Assembly (NCBI GenBank): GCA_018897555.1
Contig: JAHIKK010000034.1
Location: 4,527-68,526, forward strand
DNA from: Candidatus Omnitrophota bacterium
GTDB lineage: Bacteria > Omnitrophota > Gorgyraeia > Gygaellales > Profunditerraquicolaceae
DNA: 64,000 nt
Direction: 5' to 3'
Shown: one piece after another, positions 47,355-58,465 of the stretch
How positions within the stretch are numbered: the stretch's first letter is position 1
Layout: every line of letters starts with the position of its first letter
Notes under the pieces: generated by a model
Databases searched by the model: none
Seen by the model: the letters and a program-made list of their open reading frames with translations, nothing else
Told to the model about the DNA's origin: nothing
Program-made: the position numbers and the translations under genes

Positions 47355-47982
47355 AAAAAGGATTCTGATTACTGCCGGCCCCACCTGGGTAGCGCTTGAC
47401 CGGGTGCGGGTAATAAGTAATTTGGCTACGGGAGAAACCGGAATTATCCTGGCAGATAAATTTAAAAAACTTGGGTTCAAAGTTACGCTGTTGCTTGGGC
47501 CGGGAAATTTCTGCCGAGCCGGCCAAGCAGGCATTCAGCTAATACGGTTTAAATATTTTTCTGAATTAGCGCAGCTCTTAGATAAAGAATTGAAAAATCA
47601 AAAATTTGCGGCGGTTATTCATGCGGCGGCGGTGGCAGATTATGAGCCTAAAGATATAATTCAGCATAAGGTCAGTTCACAACGCAAGAGCTGGAAAATA
47701 AATTTAGTTCCCACGAAGAAACTGATCCAGAGCTTAAAAATTCATCAACCGGATTTATTTACTGTGGGTTTTAAGTTCCAACCGGACGCAGGTAAGGATA
47801 TGCTGATAAAAAGAGGCAGGAGGCTCCTGGAAACGGCAAATTTAGATTTAGTGGTAGCTAATTCTAATAAAAACAGGGGTTATCAAGCCTATATTTTAGA
47901 CAGCCAGAATAAATACGGGCCTTTCTTAAGTAAAACAAAAATGGCTATTTATTTATCCGGATTAATGGAGAATCAACTATGA
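47344..47982 (+). CDS. coaB: Phosphopantothenate--cysteine ligase (CoaB domain only)
   Basis: ILITAGPT...ISNLATGETG matches the CoaB/DFP C-terminal domain pattern. Probable TTG start. Confidence 0.6.
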   Translation: MATRKRILITAGPTWVALDRVRVISNLATGETGIILADKFKKLGFKVTLLLGPGNFCRAGQAGIQLIRFKYFSELAQLLDKELKNQKFAAVIHAAAVADYEPKDIIQHKVSSQRKSWKINLVPTKKLIQSLKIHQPDLFTVGFKFQPDAGKDMLIKRGRRLLETANLDLVVANSNKNRGYQAYILDSQNKYGPFLSKTKMAIYLSGLMENQL

Positions 47983-49193
47983 CAAAATATATTGTACTGG
48001 TTGGTGATGGTATGGCAGATTACCCCCTAGAAGAGCTGGGCATGCGCACTCCTTTAGAGGCGGCCCGCACACCGAATATGGATTTTATCGCTAAAAATGG
48101 ATGCCTGGGGCAGGCTAAGACCATTCCGGATAAAATGACTCCGGCATCCGATGTCGCTAATCTTTCAATATTAGGATATGACCCAAAAAAATATTATTCC
48201 GGAAGAGGGCCTTTAGAAGCGGCCAACCTGGGTATTGAACTGGAAGATGACGATGTTGCTTTTCGTTGCAACTTAATCACCACCGGAGGCGATAAGTTAC
48301 TCGATTATAGCGCCGGGCATATTAAGTCCACAGAGGCGCGCACCCTGATTAAATTTATTGATCAAAAGCTGGGAAATAATAAACTGCGATTTTTCTCAGG
48401 CGTAAGTTACAGGCACCTGCTTTTAGTTAAGCGTGGAGCGGAATTAAAACTGCAAAATTTGAAATGCTGGGCGCCGCATGATATTGCCGGCCGGAGCATT
48501 AACCGGCACCTGCCTAAAGGGGAAAACGCGGATATAATTGTTAAACTTATGCTGGATTCCAAAGAAATTCTGGGGCCACATGAAATTAATCATGTCCGGC
48601 TGGATTTGAAAGAAAACCCGGCAAATATGATCTGGCTTTGGGGCCAGGGGGTCAAACCCAATATGCCTAAATTTATGGAAAAATTCAATTTATCCGGAAG
48701 CGTAATTTCTGCGGTAGACCTGATTAAAGGGTTAGGGCGCATCCTGGGACTGGAGGTAATTAATGTTCCCGGGGCAACCGGTTATTATGATACGGATTAC
48801 GCGGGCAAGGCCCAGGCAGCAATCGAGTCTTTAAAGAAAAACGATTTTGTTTTTGTGCATGTTGAGGCTCCGGATGAAGCCGGGCATAACGGTGATCTGC
48901 GGGAAAAACTTACTGCCATTGAGCGTTTTGATCAATTAGTGGTCGGCTCTTTGCTGGAATATTGTAAGGACAAGGATGATTTCCGGATTATGGTCTTACC
49001 GGATCATGCCACTCCGCTGTCTTTAAAAACCCATACCGCGGAAGCCATTCCTTTTGCGATTTACGGCAAAGGCATACCCAAGGGAGAATTTCTTAATTAC
49101 TGCGAAAAAGAAGCGCAAAAATCAAAACTTTATTTTGAGAACGGTTATCAACTTATGGAATATTTTATTTTAAACACCCGGAGCGGAGATTAA
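47979..49193 (+). CDS. Cofactor-independent phosphoglycerate mutase, archaeal-type family (ApgM-like); probable alternative homoserine kinase given its thr-operon context
   Basis: YIVLVGDGMADYP...RTPNMD alkaline-phosphatase-superfamily N-terminus typical of COG3635. It sits between thrC/coaB and lysC. Confidence 0.7.
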   Translation: MTKYIVLVGDGMADYPLEELGMRTPLEAARTPNMDFIAKNGCLGQAKTIPDKMTPASDVANLSILGYDPKKYYSGRGPLEAANLGIELEDDDVAFRCNLITTGGDKLLDYSAGHIKSTEARTLIKFIDQKLGNNKLRFFSGVSYRHLLLVKRGAELKLQNLKCWAPHDIAGRSINRHLPKGENADIIVKLMLDSKEILGPHEINHVRLDLKENPANMIWLWGQGVKPNMPKFMEKFNLSGSVISAVDLIKGLGRILGLEVINVPGATGYYDTDYAGKAQAAIESLKKNDFVFVHVEAPDEAGHNGDLREKLTAIERFDQLVVGSLLEYCKDKDDFRIMVLPDHATPLSLKTHTAEAIPFAIYGKGIPKGEFLNYCEKEAQKSKLYFENGYQLMEYFILNTRSGD

Positions 49194-49196
49194 AGA

Positions 49197-50423
49197 ATGC
49201 CTAAAGGTTTAGTCGTGCAAAAATACGGCGGCTCTTCCGTCGCTAATGTCGAGCGTATTAAAAGAGTAGCGCAAAGGGTGGTAGGGTATAGTAAAAGAGG
49301 CTGCCAGCTGGTGGTAGTCGTTTCGGCTTTAGGAGATACTACCGACGAATTAGTGGAACTGGCTGATAAAATCAATCCTGATCCTTCGGAACGGGAAATG
49401 GATATGCTCTTATCTACCGGAGAACAGATCTCGGTTGCGCTTTTGGCGATGGCTATCCAAAAGTTAGGATTCCCGGCTATTTCATTTACCGGCGCTCAGG
49501 TCGGGATCATTACTGATAGCAGCCATACCCGGGCTAGAATTATCAAAATAAACGTAGATAAAATTAAAGCGGAATTAAAAAAGGGCAGGATCGTTATCGT
49601 TGCCGGTTTTCAGGGAGTAACCTTAAATCAGGATATTACCACTTTAGGCCGGGGCGGCTCAGATTTAACCGCGGTAGCTTTAGCTAAAGAACTCCAAGCG
49701 GATACCTGCGAGATTTACACAGACGTCATGGGTATTTATACTACTGACCCGCGCATTGAACCCAAAGCTAAAAAGATCAAAGAGATTACTTATGACGAAA
49801 TGCTGGAGATGGCTTCCTTAGGGGCTCAGGTAATGCAGCCGCGTTCTATCGAAGTAGCTAAAAAATTTAATGTCCCTTTGCATGTGCGTTCTTCATTTAA
49901 TACCAAAAGCGGAACCATGATTATTAAGGAGGTTAGAAAGATGGAAGATGTCTTAGTCAGCGGGGTAATTTTAAATAAAAATGAAGCAAAAATTACTCTC
50001 TGCGGGGTTACGGATAAACCCGGAGTGGCAGTAAAATTATTTAAAGATCTGGCGGCCTCCGGAGTAAGCGTGGATATGATCGTGCAAAACGTAAGCCATA
50101 CCCGCCAAACAGATATATCTTTTACCGTGGCTAAAGCCGATTGCGCCAAAGCCAATAAGATCACTAAAATGGTCGCTAAAAAAATCGGCGCCGGAGATGT
50201 TTTACTGGACGAAGATATCGCCCGGGTTTCGATTGTCGGGGTAGGCATGAAATCTCATCATGGTGTTGCGGCAAAAATGTTCGGGGTCCTGGCGGACAAT
50301 AAAATCAATATTGGCATGATCTCTACTTCGGATATCAGCATTTCTTGCATTATCAAGAAGAAAGACGCTGAAATAGCGGTAAAAAAATTACACGCTGATT
50401 TCGGGCTAAGTAAACCCCGCTAG
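49197..50423 (+). CDS. lysC: Aspartate kinase with two ACT domains
   Basis: [10 protein letters not shown] kinase start and tandem C-terminal ACT domains. Confidence 0.9.
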   Translation: MPKGLVVQKYGGSSVANVERIKRVAQRVVGYSKRGCQLVVVVSALGDTTDELVELADKINPDPSEREMDMLLSTGEQISVALLAMAIQKLGFPAISFTGAQVGIITDSSHTRARIIKINVDKIKAELKKGRIVIVAGFQGVTLNQDITTLGRGGSDLTAVALAKELQADTCEIYTDVMGIYTTDPRIEPKAKKIKEITYDEMLEMASLGAQVMQPRSIEVAKKFNVPLHVRSSFNTKSGTMIIKEVRKMEDVLVSGVILNKNEAKITLCGVTDKPGVAVKLFKDLAASGVSVDMIVQNVSHTRQTDISFTVAKADCAKANKITKMVAKKIGAGDVLLDEDIARVSIVGVGMKSHHGVAAKMFGVLADNKINIGMISTSDISISCIIKKKDAEIAVKKLHADFGLSKPR

Positions 50424-50427
50424 AGGC

Positions 50428-50452
50428 GGCGCCCCGCGGCGCGGGGCTTTTA
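50428..50452 (+). terminator. Rho-independent terminator after lysC
   Basis: GCCCCGC-GGC-GCGGGGC hairpin followed by TTTT. Confidence 0.7.
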
Positions 50453-50479
50453 ACCGGGTAAATAAACAAGAGGTAATTT

Positions 50480-52045
50480 ATGACAACGGTAAAATTATAC
50501 GATACCACCTTACGGGACGGTTCACAGGCAGAAGGCATATCTTATTCGGTAATGGATAAAATCCGCATTGCTGAAGAGCTGGATAAGATCGGCATACATT
50601 TTATTGAGGGGGGTTGGCCGGGTTCAAATCCTAAGGACCGGGAATTCTTTGAGAAAATAAGCCGGTCTAAACTTAAAAATTCTAAAATTGCTGCTTTTAG
50701 CATGACCCGTAGACCGAACATCCCGGCTGACCAGGATAGTAATTTATTAGCCCTGCTAAAATCTAAAGCCCAAGTAATTACCATCGTCGGTAAAACCTGG
50801 GATTTTCATGTGCTTGAGGTTTTAAAAACTACGCTGGATGAGAATCTGGCGATGATTTTTGACAGTATTGATTTCCTGGTTAAAAAAGGATTCGTAGTAT
50901 TTTATGACGCTGAGCATTTTTTTGATGCCTACCGCGCTAATCAAGATTACGCTTTAAAAACTTTAATCGCCGCCCAAGATGCCGGTTGTTCGGCAGTTTG
51001 TCTTTGCGATACTAACGGCGGGTCTTTAACCAGCCAGATCAGTTCTACGATTAAAGAAATTAAAGGAAAGATCAAGGTGGATTTAGGAATTCATTGCCAT
51101 AATGACGCCGGAGTGGCGATTGCTAATTCCCTGGCCGCGGTAGAGGCCGGAGCAAGCATAGTGCAAGGGACGATTAATGGCTACGGGGAACGCTGCGGAA
51201 ATGCCGACCTAATCCCGATTATTGCGAATTTAAAAATTAAATTAGAGATCGATTGTATCCCGGATGCGCAATTAGAACAGCTGACGCACCTTTCACATTT
51301 TGTTAGTGAAATCAGCAATATGCGTCTAAAGAATGAGCAGCCTTTTGTGGGTGATTCGGCATTCGCGCATAAGGGCGGAATGCATATTAACGCCATAATG
51401 AAAAACCCCAAAACCTACGAACATATTGATCCCTCTTTAGTCGGAAATCATCGCCGGGTTTTAGTTTCCGAACTGGGGGGTAAAACCGGAATCTTATTAA
51501 GGGCCAAAGATTTAAACTACGACCTAACCAAGACCGATCCGCAAACAAAAAAGATTCTGGAATTAGTTCAGGCTTTGGAGCATAAGGGTTTTCAATTTGA
51601 AGCTGCCGAGGCGTCTTTTCAAATATTAATGCAAAGATCTTTAAAGAAATTTAAAAAATTCTTTGAATTAGAAGGATTTAAGGTGGTTATAGAAAAAGGT
51701 AAAGATAAGAAGATTACCTCTGAAGCCATCATCAAGTTAAAGGTCAACGGGGTTAAAGAGCATACTGCCGCTGAAGGAGATGGCCCGATCAACGCATTAG
51801 ACAATGCCCTGCGCAAGGCGTTGAAGGATTTTTACCCGACTTTAGCCAAAATGCATCTGTCCGATTTTAAAGTGCGCGTTCTGGATGAAAAAGCAGGCAC
51901 TGCCGCCCGGGTGCGCGTATTAATCCAATCTCAGGATGGGAAGGACATCTGGAATACAATCGGAGTCCATGAAAATATTATTGAGGCCAGTTGGCAGGCT
52001 CTGGTTGACAGTGTAGAGTATAAGCTCCTAAAGGATAAGCAGTAA
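50480..52045 (+). CDS. 2-isopropylmalate synthase / (R)-citramalate synthase family enzyme (CimA-like)
   Basis: LYDTTLRDGSQAEG HMGL-like TIM-barrel and a LeuA-dimer C-terminal domain. About 521 aa. Confidence 0.8.
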   Translation: MTTVKLYDTTLRDGSQAEGISYSVMDKIRIAEELDKIGIHFIEGGWPGSNPKDREFFEKISRSKLKNSKIAAFSMTRRPNIPADQDSNLLALLKSKAQVITIVGKTWDFHVLEVLKTTLDENLAMIFDSIDFLVKKGFVVFYDAEHFFDAYRANQDYALKTLIAAQDAGCSAVCLCDTNGGSLTSQISSTIKEIKGKIKVDLGIHCHNDAGVAIANSLAAVEAGASIVQGTINGYGERCGNADLIPIIANLKIKLEIDCIPDAQLEQLTHLSHFVSEISNMRLKNEQPFVGDSAFAHKGGMHINAIMKNPKTYEHIDPSLVGNHRRVLVSELGGKTGILLRAKDLNYDLTKTDPQTKKILELVQALEHKGFQFEAAEASFQILMQRSLKKFKKFFELEGFKVVIEKGKDKKITSEAIIKLKVNGVKEHTAAEGDGPINALDNALRKALKDFYPTLAKMHLSDFKVRVLDEKAGTAARVRVLIQSQDGKDIWNTIGVHENIIEASWQALVDSVEYKLLKDKQ

Positions 52046-54810
52046 TGGCGCAAGAGCTTAGTAAGCAGTATAACCCCCAAGATACCGAAAGTAAGTGGTA
52101 TAAAGTTTGGGAGCAAAATAATCTTTTTTCCGCTAAACCCTCCCCGGATAAATTACCCTATTGCATCGTTATTCCGCCGCCTAATGTCACCGGAATCCTG
52201 CACATGGGGCATGCCTTAAATAACACTATTCAAGATATCTTAATCCGTTACAAAAAAATGCGGGGTTTTGCGGCCCTGTGGATGCCGGGAGTGGATCATG
52301 CCGGAATCGCCACGCAAAATGTTGTCGAAAAAGCCCTGGCTAAAGAGGGGCTCAAGCGGCAAGATCTCGGCCGGGAAAAATTCCTGGAGAAAGTCTGGGA
52401 ATGGAAACAACTCTACGGCTCAACCATCATTAACCAGCTTAAAAAACTCGGCTGCGCCTGCGATTGGGAGCGGGCGCGTTTTACCATGGATCAAGAGTAT
52501 TCTTTAGCCGTCACCGAAGTTTTTGTCAGGCTTTATGAAAAAAAACTTATTTACCAAGGCCACTATATTATCAACTGGTGCCCGCGCTGCCAGACGGCGT
52601 TAAGTGATGAAGAGGCAGCGCGCGCGGAATTACAGGGAAGCCTTTATTATTTAAAGTATCCGTTTAAAATACTTGGGGACAGTCCCCAAAAAACGGGGAC
52701 AGTCCCCAAGTATACTGACGAGTTTATTATTGTTGCCACAACCCGGCCAGAAACTATGTTTGGAGATACTGCCGTAGCCGTAAATCCAAAAGACAAGCGC
52801 TATAAAAAATATATCGGAAAAACATTGATCCTTCCGCTAATTAAACGGGAAATAAAAATTATTGCCGATTCCTCCGTTGATATGGAATTTGGAACGGGGG
52901 CCGTCAAGGTCACTCCCGCGCATGACCCCAATGATTATGTTTTGGGCAAAAAACATAATTTGGAATTCATCAAGATAATGCATCCTGACGGCTCGATGAA
53001 TGAAATTGCAGAGAAATACTCCGGGCTGGACCGCTTCAAAGCAAGAGAAGCGGTATTGGAAGATTTAAAACAATTGGGGTTACTTGAAAAGATCATTGCC
53101 CACACGTTTTCTGCCGGCCACTGTTACCGTTGCCAAACCATTGTCGAGCCCTATTTATCCCAACAATGGTTTATAAAAATGAAACCGTTGGCCAAGCCGG
53201 CCATTAAAGCAGTAAAAAAAGGAGAGATTAAATTTTACCCCGATCGTTGGACTAAGGTTTATTTAAACTGGATGGATAATATCCAGGACTGGTGTATCTC
53301 CCGGCAGATCTGGTGGGGACACCGGATGCCGGTTTATTACTGTAAAAATTGCCAGGAGAAAAATCCAAAAGCTGGGATCATCGTATCCAGGATTAAGCCT
53401 TCTAAATGCCCGAAATGCGCATCCGAGAGCCTAACGCAAGAAGAAGATGTCCTGGACACCTGGTTTTCCAGCTGGCTTTGGCCGTTTGCCACCTTCTATT
53501 GGCCTAAAGAAAATGCCGACTTAAAATATTTTTATCCTACTGCAACCCTGGTTACTGCTCCGGAGATTATCTTTTTTTGGGTAGCGCGCATGATTATGGC
53601 GGGTTTTGAATTTAAACAACAAATCCCTTTTAAAAATGTTTATATCCACGGCACGGTGCGCGACAGCCAGGGAAAAAAGATGTCCAAATCCTTAGGTAAT
53701 GCGCTTGACCCCCTGGAGGTCATCGCGGAGTATGGAACAGATGCTTTACGTTTCAGCCTTATCTCGATAACTTCCCAGGGCCAGGATGTATATTTGTCCA
53801 AAGACAGATTTGAACAAGGCAGGAACTTTGCCAATAAAATCTGGAACGCCTCACGCTTTATTCTCATTAACCTTAAGCCTGAAGATGTAAATGTAGATTT
53901 ATGCGTTTTCTTTAAACGCGAACAACTGGATATTGTTAACCGCTGGATCTTAAGCCGTTTTTATACAACTCTGGAGAAAGTAGGCAAAGAATTAGATAAT
54001 TTTAAATTCAATGAAGCTGCCAGTAGCCTGTATGCATTTTTCTGGCATGAATTCTGTGATTGGTACCTGGAATTAATTAAACCTCAAATCGGAGAAAAGC
54101 AAACCCAAATAGTGATGTATAAAGTTTTAGAAAAATACCTCAGGCTGATTCATCCGTTTATGCCTTTTATCTCCGAGGAGATTTGGCAGCGCCTTCCCGG
54201 CGCCAAAGATTCAACCCCTTCGACGCACCCCGGGCTAAAGCCCGGGGTTTGCTCAGGGTTGATGGTGAGCAAAGTCGAACCATCAATTATGCAGCAAAAC
54301 TGGCCGCATTTACAGAGCGAGCTGATCAATAAGCAAGATGAATTACAGATGGAGTTGGCTTTTGAGGTGATTAATGTAATCAGAAATATGCGCGCAGAGT
54401 TGGAGGTTAACCCTGCCAGCCGTATTGACATCCAAATAAGCGCCATGAGTAAACTTACTCAAAAATCTCTGGAGCAGCTTTTAAGCTACATAAAAAATTT
54501 GGCTAAAGTTAACGCTTTAACACTGACCGAGAAATATATCGCCCAAAATAACCAATACGCGGTTGTTTTTAAAGATCTGCATATTGTCATGCCGCTTGAG
54601 GGAGTCGCCGATGCCGCCCAGCAGATTAATAAAACTAATCTAAAAATTGATAAATTAAAATCCGAGATTAAAAATAAAGAGGCAATGCTGGCAAATAAAA
54701 ATTTTACCCTGCGTGCCCCCGAAGAAATTGTAGAAGCAGAAAAAAATAAATTAATCGATATGCGTGAGCAGGTAAAAAAACTGGAGGCAATCAAAAATGG
54801 CTTACGCTAA
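52045..54810 (+). CDS. valS: Valine--tRNA ligase
   Basis: HMGH and KMSKS motifs, a CP1 editing domain and a C-terminal coiled coil. Contains two in-frame GC-rich palindromic insertions (see findings). Confidence 0.95.
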   Translation: MAQELSKQYNPQDTESKWYKVWEQNNLFSAKPSPDKLPYCIVIPPPNVTGILHMGHALNNTIQDILIRYKKMRGFAALWMPGVDHAGIATQNVVEKALAKEGLKRQDLGREKFLEKVWEWKQLYGSTIINQLKKLGCACDWERARFTMDQEYSLAVTEVFVRLYEKKLIYQGHYIINWCPRCQTALSDEEAARAELQGSLYYLKYPFKILGDSPQKTGTVPKYTDEFIIVATTRPETMFGDTAVAVNPKDKRYKKYIGKTLILPLIKREIKIIADSSVDMEFGTGAVKVTPAHDPNDYVLGKKHNLEFIKIMHPDGSMNEIAEKYSGLDRFKAREAVLEDLKQLGLLEKIIAHTFSAGHCYRCQTIVEPYLSQQWFIKMKPLAKPAIKAVKKGEIKFYPDRWTKVYLNWMDNIQDWCISRQIWWGHRMPVYYCKNCQEKNPKAGIIVSRIKPSKCPKCASESLTQEEDVLDTWFSSWLWPFATFYWPKENADLKYFYPTATLVTAPEIIFFWVARMIMAGFEFKQQIPFKNVYIHGTVRDSQGKKMSKSLGNALDPLEVIAEYGTDALRFSLISITSQGQDVYLSKDRFEQGRNFANKIWNASRFILINLKPEDVNVDLCVFFKREQLDIVNRWILSRFYTTLEKVGKELDNFKFNEAASSLYAFFWHEFCDWYLELIKPQIGEKQTQIVMYKVLEKYLRLIHPFMPFISEEIWQRLPGAKDSTPSTHPGLKPGVCSGLMVSKVEPSIMQQNWPHLQSELINKQDELQMELAFEVINVIRNMRAELEVNPASRIDIQISAMSKLTQKSLEQLLSYIKNLAKVNALTLTEKYIAQNNQYAVVFKDLHIVMPLEGVADAAQQINKTNLKIDKLKSEIKNKEAMLANKNFTLRAPEEIVEAEKNKLIDMREQVKKLEAIKNGLR

Positions 54811-55678
54811 ATATTTCTTGTCTGAAACCAAACCTAAGCTTAACCCCGGGGAACTAAAATCAATCATTAAGCGCGCGCTTACGGAAGATATCGGCCGGGG
54901 TGATATTACCACACAGCTAAATATCCCCAAAGACATCTGTATCCGGGCTGAAATTATCGCCCAAGAAGATTTCTTGCTTTGCGGCATTGATCTGGCGGGC
55001 GATGTATTTAAAACCGTAGACCCGGGCTTAAAATTCGCCCCAAAGATCAAAGAGGGCAGGAGAGCCCGCAATAAGGATACTCTGGCGATTATCTCAGGAA
55101 AGGCGGGCAGTATTCTTACGGCGGAGCGCGTGGCCTTAAATTTATTATCATTACTTTCCGGGATTGCCACCAAAACATTTAAGTTTGTTAAACGGATAGA
55201 GCCCTTTAAATCCAAAATTACCGATACGCGTAAAACTTTTCCCGGCTTAAGGGCCCTGGAGAAATATGCGGTTAGAATCGGCTCAGGCTATAATCACCGC
55301 ATGCGCCTGGATGAAATGGTGCTGATTAAAGATAATCATTTAAAAATTATGGGAGGGTATTCTCAACTGCTCAAGGTGCCCAAAGGATGTAAAATTGAAA
55401 TCGAAACTCAAAACTTAAAAGAATTTTTACGAGCTTTAAGTTTTAGGCCGGATATCATTATGCTGGATAACATGAAGATTCGGGATATTCAAAAGGCGGT
55501 AAACATTAGGAATAATCTTAAATTTAATGGCCGACGCTGCCCTACCTTACTCGAGGCAAGCGGAGGCATACACCTGGGCAACGTAAGAAAATACGCCGCA
55601 ACCGGAGTGGAAATAATTTCAATCGGAGAACTAACCGATTCGATAGAATCCGTGGATATCAGCTTAGCCGTAGTCTAA
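54797..55678 (+). CDS. nadC: Nicotinate-nucleotide pyrophosphorylase (carboxylating)
   Basis: ALTEDIGRGDITT motif and a QPRTase fold. Confidence 0.85.
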   Translation: MAYAKYFLSETKPKLNPGELKSIIKRALTEDIGRGDITTQLNIPKDICIRAEIIAQEDFLLCGIDLAGDVFKTVDPGLKFAPKIKEGRRARNKDTLAIISGKAGSILTAERVALNLLSLLSGIATKTFKFVKRIEPFKSKITDTRKTFPGLRALEKYAVRIGSGYNHRMRLDEMVLIKDNHLKIMGGYSQLLKVPKGCKIEIETQNLKEFLRALSFRPDIIMLDNMKIRDIQKAVNIRNNLKFNGRRCPTLLEASGGIHLGNVRKYAATGVEIISIGELTDSIESVDISLAVV

Positions 55679-55687
55679 AATGTTCTG

Positions 55688-57661
55688 ATGAATAAGTTTA
55701 AACTTGTTTCTAGTTTCTCACCCTGCGGCGACCAGCCTAAAGCAATACAAGCACTCTCTAAATCCATCCTGGCTAAGCAGCGTTATTTAACGCTTTTGGG
55801 GGTTACCGGCAGCGGTAAAACCTTTACCCTGGCTAATGTTATCGCCAAAGTAAACTTGCCGACGCTGATCATCTCGCACAATAAAACCTTAGCCGCCCAG
55901 CTTTATGCTGAATTTAAAGAATTTTTCCCGCATAATGCGGTTGAATATTTCGTAAGTTACTACGATTACTACCAGCCGGAAGCCTATATCCCTTCTACGG
56001 ACACTTACATCGAAAAGGATTCTTCAATTAATGAACGCCTGGACCGTTTGCGGCTTTCCGCGACTACCTCCTTAATCAGCCGGCCGGATGTGATTGTCGT
56101 GGCTTCCGTTTCCTGTATTTATAATTTAGGCTCACCGCAGGACTACCAAGAAATGCTGGTAATTTTAAATAAGGGCACCTCTATCTTGCGGGATGAATTA
56201 ATCGCTAAACTCATTCAGATTCAATATGAACGTAATGATTATGAATTTAAGCGGGGAAAAATCAGGGTGCGCGGAGATACCGTGGAAATATTCCCAGCTT
56301 ACAGCCAACAAGCGCTGCGCCTGGAATTAACCCAAGACAAAATATCTCAAATTTCAGTAATCGACCCGGTATCGGCAAAAATAATCAACCGGATCAATCG
56401 GGTAGCTATTTATCCGGCCAAGCATTTTATCGCCTCCGGGAATAGAATCCAGGCGGCGATAAGTTCGATAAAAGAAGAGCTGGCTGCCCGGTTAAAAGAA
56501 TTACGGGAAGAAAATAAATTATTGGCGGCCCAGCGCCTGGAGTCGCGCACAAACTATGATTTGGAGATGCTTAAAGAAATCGGATATTGTCACGGAATAG
56601 AAAATTATTCGCGCCATTTGAATGGTTCTGTAGCCGGATCCCGGCCGTCGACAATGATGGATTATTTCGGCGGAGATTTCTTAACAATTATTGATGAATC
56701 ACATGCCACTCTCCCGCAAATAAGAGGGATGTATGCCGGTGACCGGGCCAGAAAAGAGACGCTCGTAAATTACGGATTCAGGCTGCCTTCATGCCTGGAT
56801 AACCGTCCGCTAAAATTTAATGAATTTAACCGCCTGGTAAAACAATTAATCTTTGTTTCCGCTACCCCTGATGAATATGAATTAACCTTAAGTACCAATA
56901 AAATTACTGAGCAGATTATCCGCCCTACCGGGTTAATTGATCCGGAGATCATCGTTAAGCCTACAGCCGGGCAAATTGAAGATTTGATTCTACAGATAAA
57001 GCAGCGGGCAAAAAATAATCAACGCGTCCTGGTAACCACATTAACCAAAAGGTCAAGCGAAGACCTGGCCCATTATCTTACGGAGCAGGGAATAAGAGTA
57101 AAATATTTACATTCTGAAATACAAACCATCCAACGCTCGGTGATCCTTAAAGAACTGCGCGAAAAAAAATTTGACTGCCTGGTAGGAATTAACCTTCTCC
57201 GAGAAGGCCTGGATTTACCGGAAGTTTCATTAGTGGCCATTCTGGATGCCGATAAAGAAGGGTTCTTGCGCAGTGCTACCGCGCTTATTCAGGTAGGTGG
57301 CCGCGCTGCCCGCAACTTAAACGGCACGGTAATCATGTATGCCGATACGATCACCAAATCGATGAAAAAAGCAATTGACGAAAGCAAACGGCGCAGAATC
57401 ATACAGATGAAATTTAACCGGAAAAATAAAATTACCCCGCGTTCTATTCGTACGGCCATCAAAAAAGGTATCCAAGATTCAAACGAAACCCAGGAGTTTG
57501 TGCAAGGGCTAACCGGAGAACCACTCGAGCAATACCAGTTGCATAAATATATTACTGAGTTAGAATATGAAATGGAGTTGGCCGCCCGGAACTTACAATT
57601 TGAAAAAGCCGCCGGCTTAAGGGATAAAGTTAAGGAGTTACGCGATGCTACTGGCCATTGA
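55688..57661 (+). CDS. uvrB: Excinuclease ABC subunit B
   Basis: [10 protein letters not shown] Walker A, a helicase domain and a C-terminal UVR domain. Confidence 0.95.
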   Translation: MNKFKLVSSFSPCGDQPKAIQALSKSILAKQRYLTLLGVTGSGKTFTLANVIAKVNLPTLIISHNKTLAAQLYAEFKEFFPHNAVEYFVSYYDYYQPEAYIPSTDTYIEKDSSINERLDRLRLSATTSLISRPDVIVVASVSCIYNLGSPQDYQEMLVILNKGTSILRDELIAKLIQIQYERNDYEFKRGKIRVRGDTVEIFPAYSQQALRLELTQDKISQISVIDPVSAKIINRINRVAIYPAKHFIASGNRIQAAISSIKEELAARLKELREENKLLAAQRLESRTNYDLEMLKEIGYCHGIENYSRHLNGSVAGSRPSTMMDYFGGDFLTIIDESHATLPQIRGMYAGDRARKETLVNYGFRLPSCLDNRPLKFNEFNRLVKQLIFVSATPDEYELTLSTNKITEQIIRPTGLIDPEIIVKPTAGQIEDLILQIKQRAKNNQRVLVTTLTKRSSEDLAHYLTEQGIRVKYLHSEIQTIQRSVILKELREKKFDCLVGINLLREGLDLPEVSLVAILDADKEGFLRSATALIQVGGRAARNLNGTVIMYADTITKSMKKAIDESKRRRIIQMKFNRKNKITPRSIRTAIKKGIQDSNETQEFVQGLTGEPLEQYQLHKYITELEYEMELAARNLQFEKAAGLRDKVKELRDATGH

Positions 57662-58415
57662 TATCGGCAATACGAATATATCCGGCGGAATATTCTCCGG
57701 AGAAAAACTAAAGCACCAGTTTGATATCGCCACTAAAAGTTATAAAAAAACAGCGTTGGCAAAAAAATTAAAAGCTTATCCTGGAATATCCGCCAGTATT
57801 ATCTGCAGCGTTGTCCCTAAGCTAACCCGAGTTATCCAACGTGACTTAAAGCTCCTTTATCGCCGAAACCCCTATATAATAGGTAAGGACTTACTCGTCC
57901 CCCTAGAAAATCGTTACCGCCTACCGCAACAAGTTGGCCAGGACCGGCTGGTAAATGCTTATGCTGCCAGCAGCTTTTATACCGGCCCTCTGATTGTTAT
58001 AGATTCCGGCACGGCCATTACCTTTGATGTAATCTCTAAAGACCGGGCATATTTAGGAGGTTTAATTTTCCCGGGAATGAATATCTCTCTGGAGGCCTTA
58101 AAAGAGAAAACCGCATTATTACCTCAAGTAAAATTAGAACAGCCGAAAATGCTTATTGGCCGGGATACCAAAAATAGCATCTTAAGCGGAGTTGTTTTTG
58201 GCACTGCCGCCTTAAGTAAAGAGTTGGCCGCAAGAATTAAACAGTATCTTGGTAAAAACGCTAAAATTATCGGCACCGGCGGCAATATTTCTTTAATCAA
58301 AAAATATTCCGGTATGAAAATAAAAATCCATAAAGACCTGACTTTAATCGGAATTAAACTTATCTATGAAAATGAAATAGCCAAAGAGAAAGCCGGATTT
58401 AGAAAAAACTCTTGA
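57645..58415 (+). CDS. coaX: Type III pantothenate kinase
   Basis: [11 protein letters not shown] start and an ASKHA fold. Confidence 0.85.
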   Translation: MLLAIDIGNTNISGGIFSGEKLKHQFDIATKSYKKTALAKKLKAYPGISASIICSVVPKLTRVIQRDLKLLYRRNPYIIGKDLLVPLENRYRLPQQVGQDRLVNAYAASSFYTGPLIVIDSGTAITFDVISKDRAYLGGLIFPGMNISLEALKEKTALLPQVKLEQPKMLIGRDTKNSILSGVVFGTAALSKELAARIKQYLGKNAKIIGTGGNISLIKKYSGMKIKIHKDLTLIGIKLIYENEIAKEKAGFRKNS

Positions 58416-58465
58416 CAAGAAATTTTTTTTCTATATAATTAGCACTCTAGAGAAAAGAGTGCCAA
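58412..58465 (+). promoter_or_regulatory. groESL promoter (TTGACA-16-TATAAT) overlapping a CIRCE/HrcA operator (TTAGCACTC-N9-GAGTGCCAA)
   Basis: -35 at 58412-58417 and -10 at 58434-58439. CIRCE inverted repeat at 58439-58465, with one mismatch to the consensus. Confidence 0.8.
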
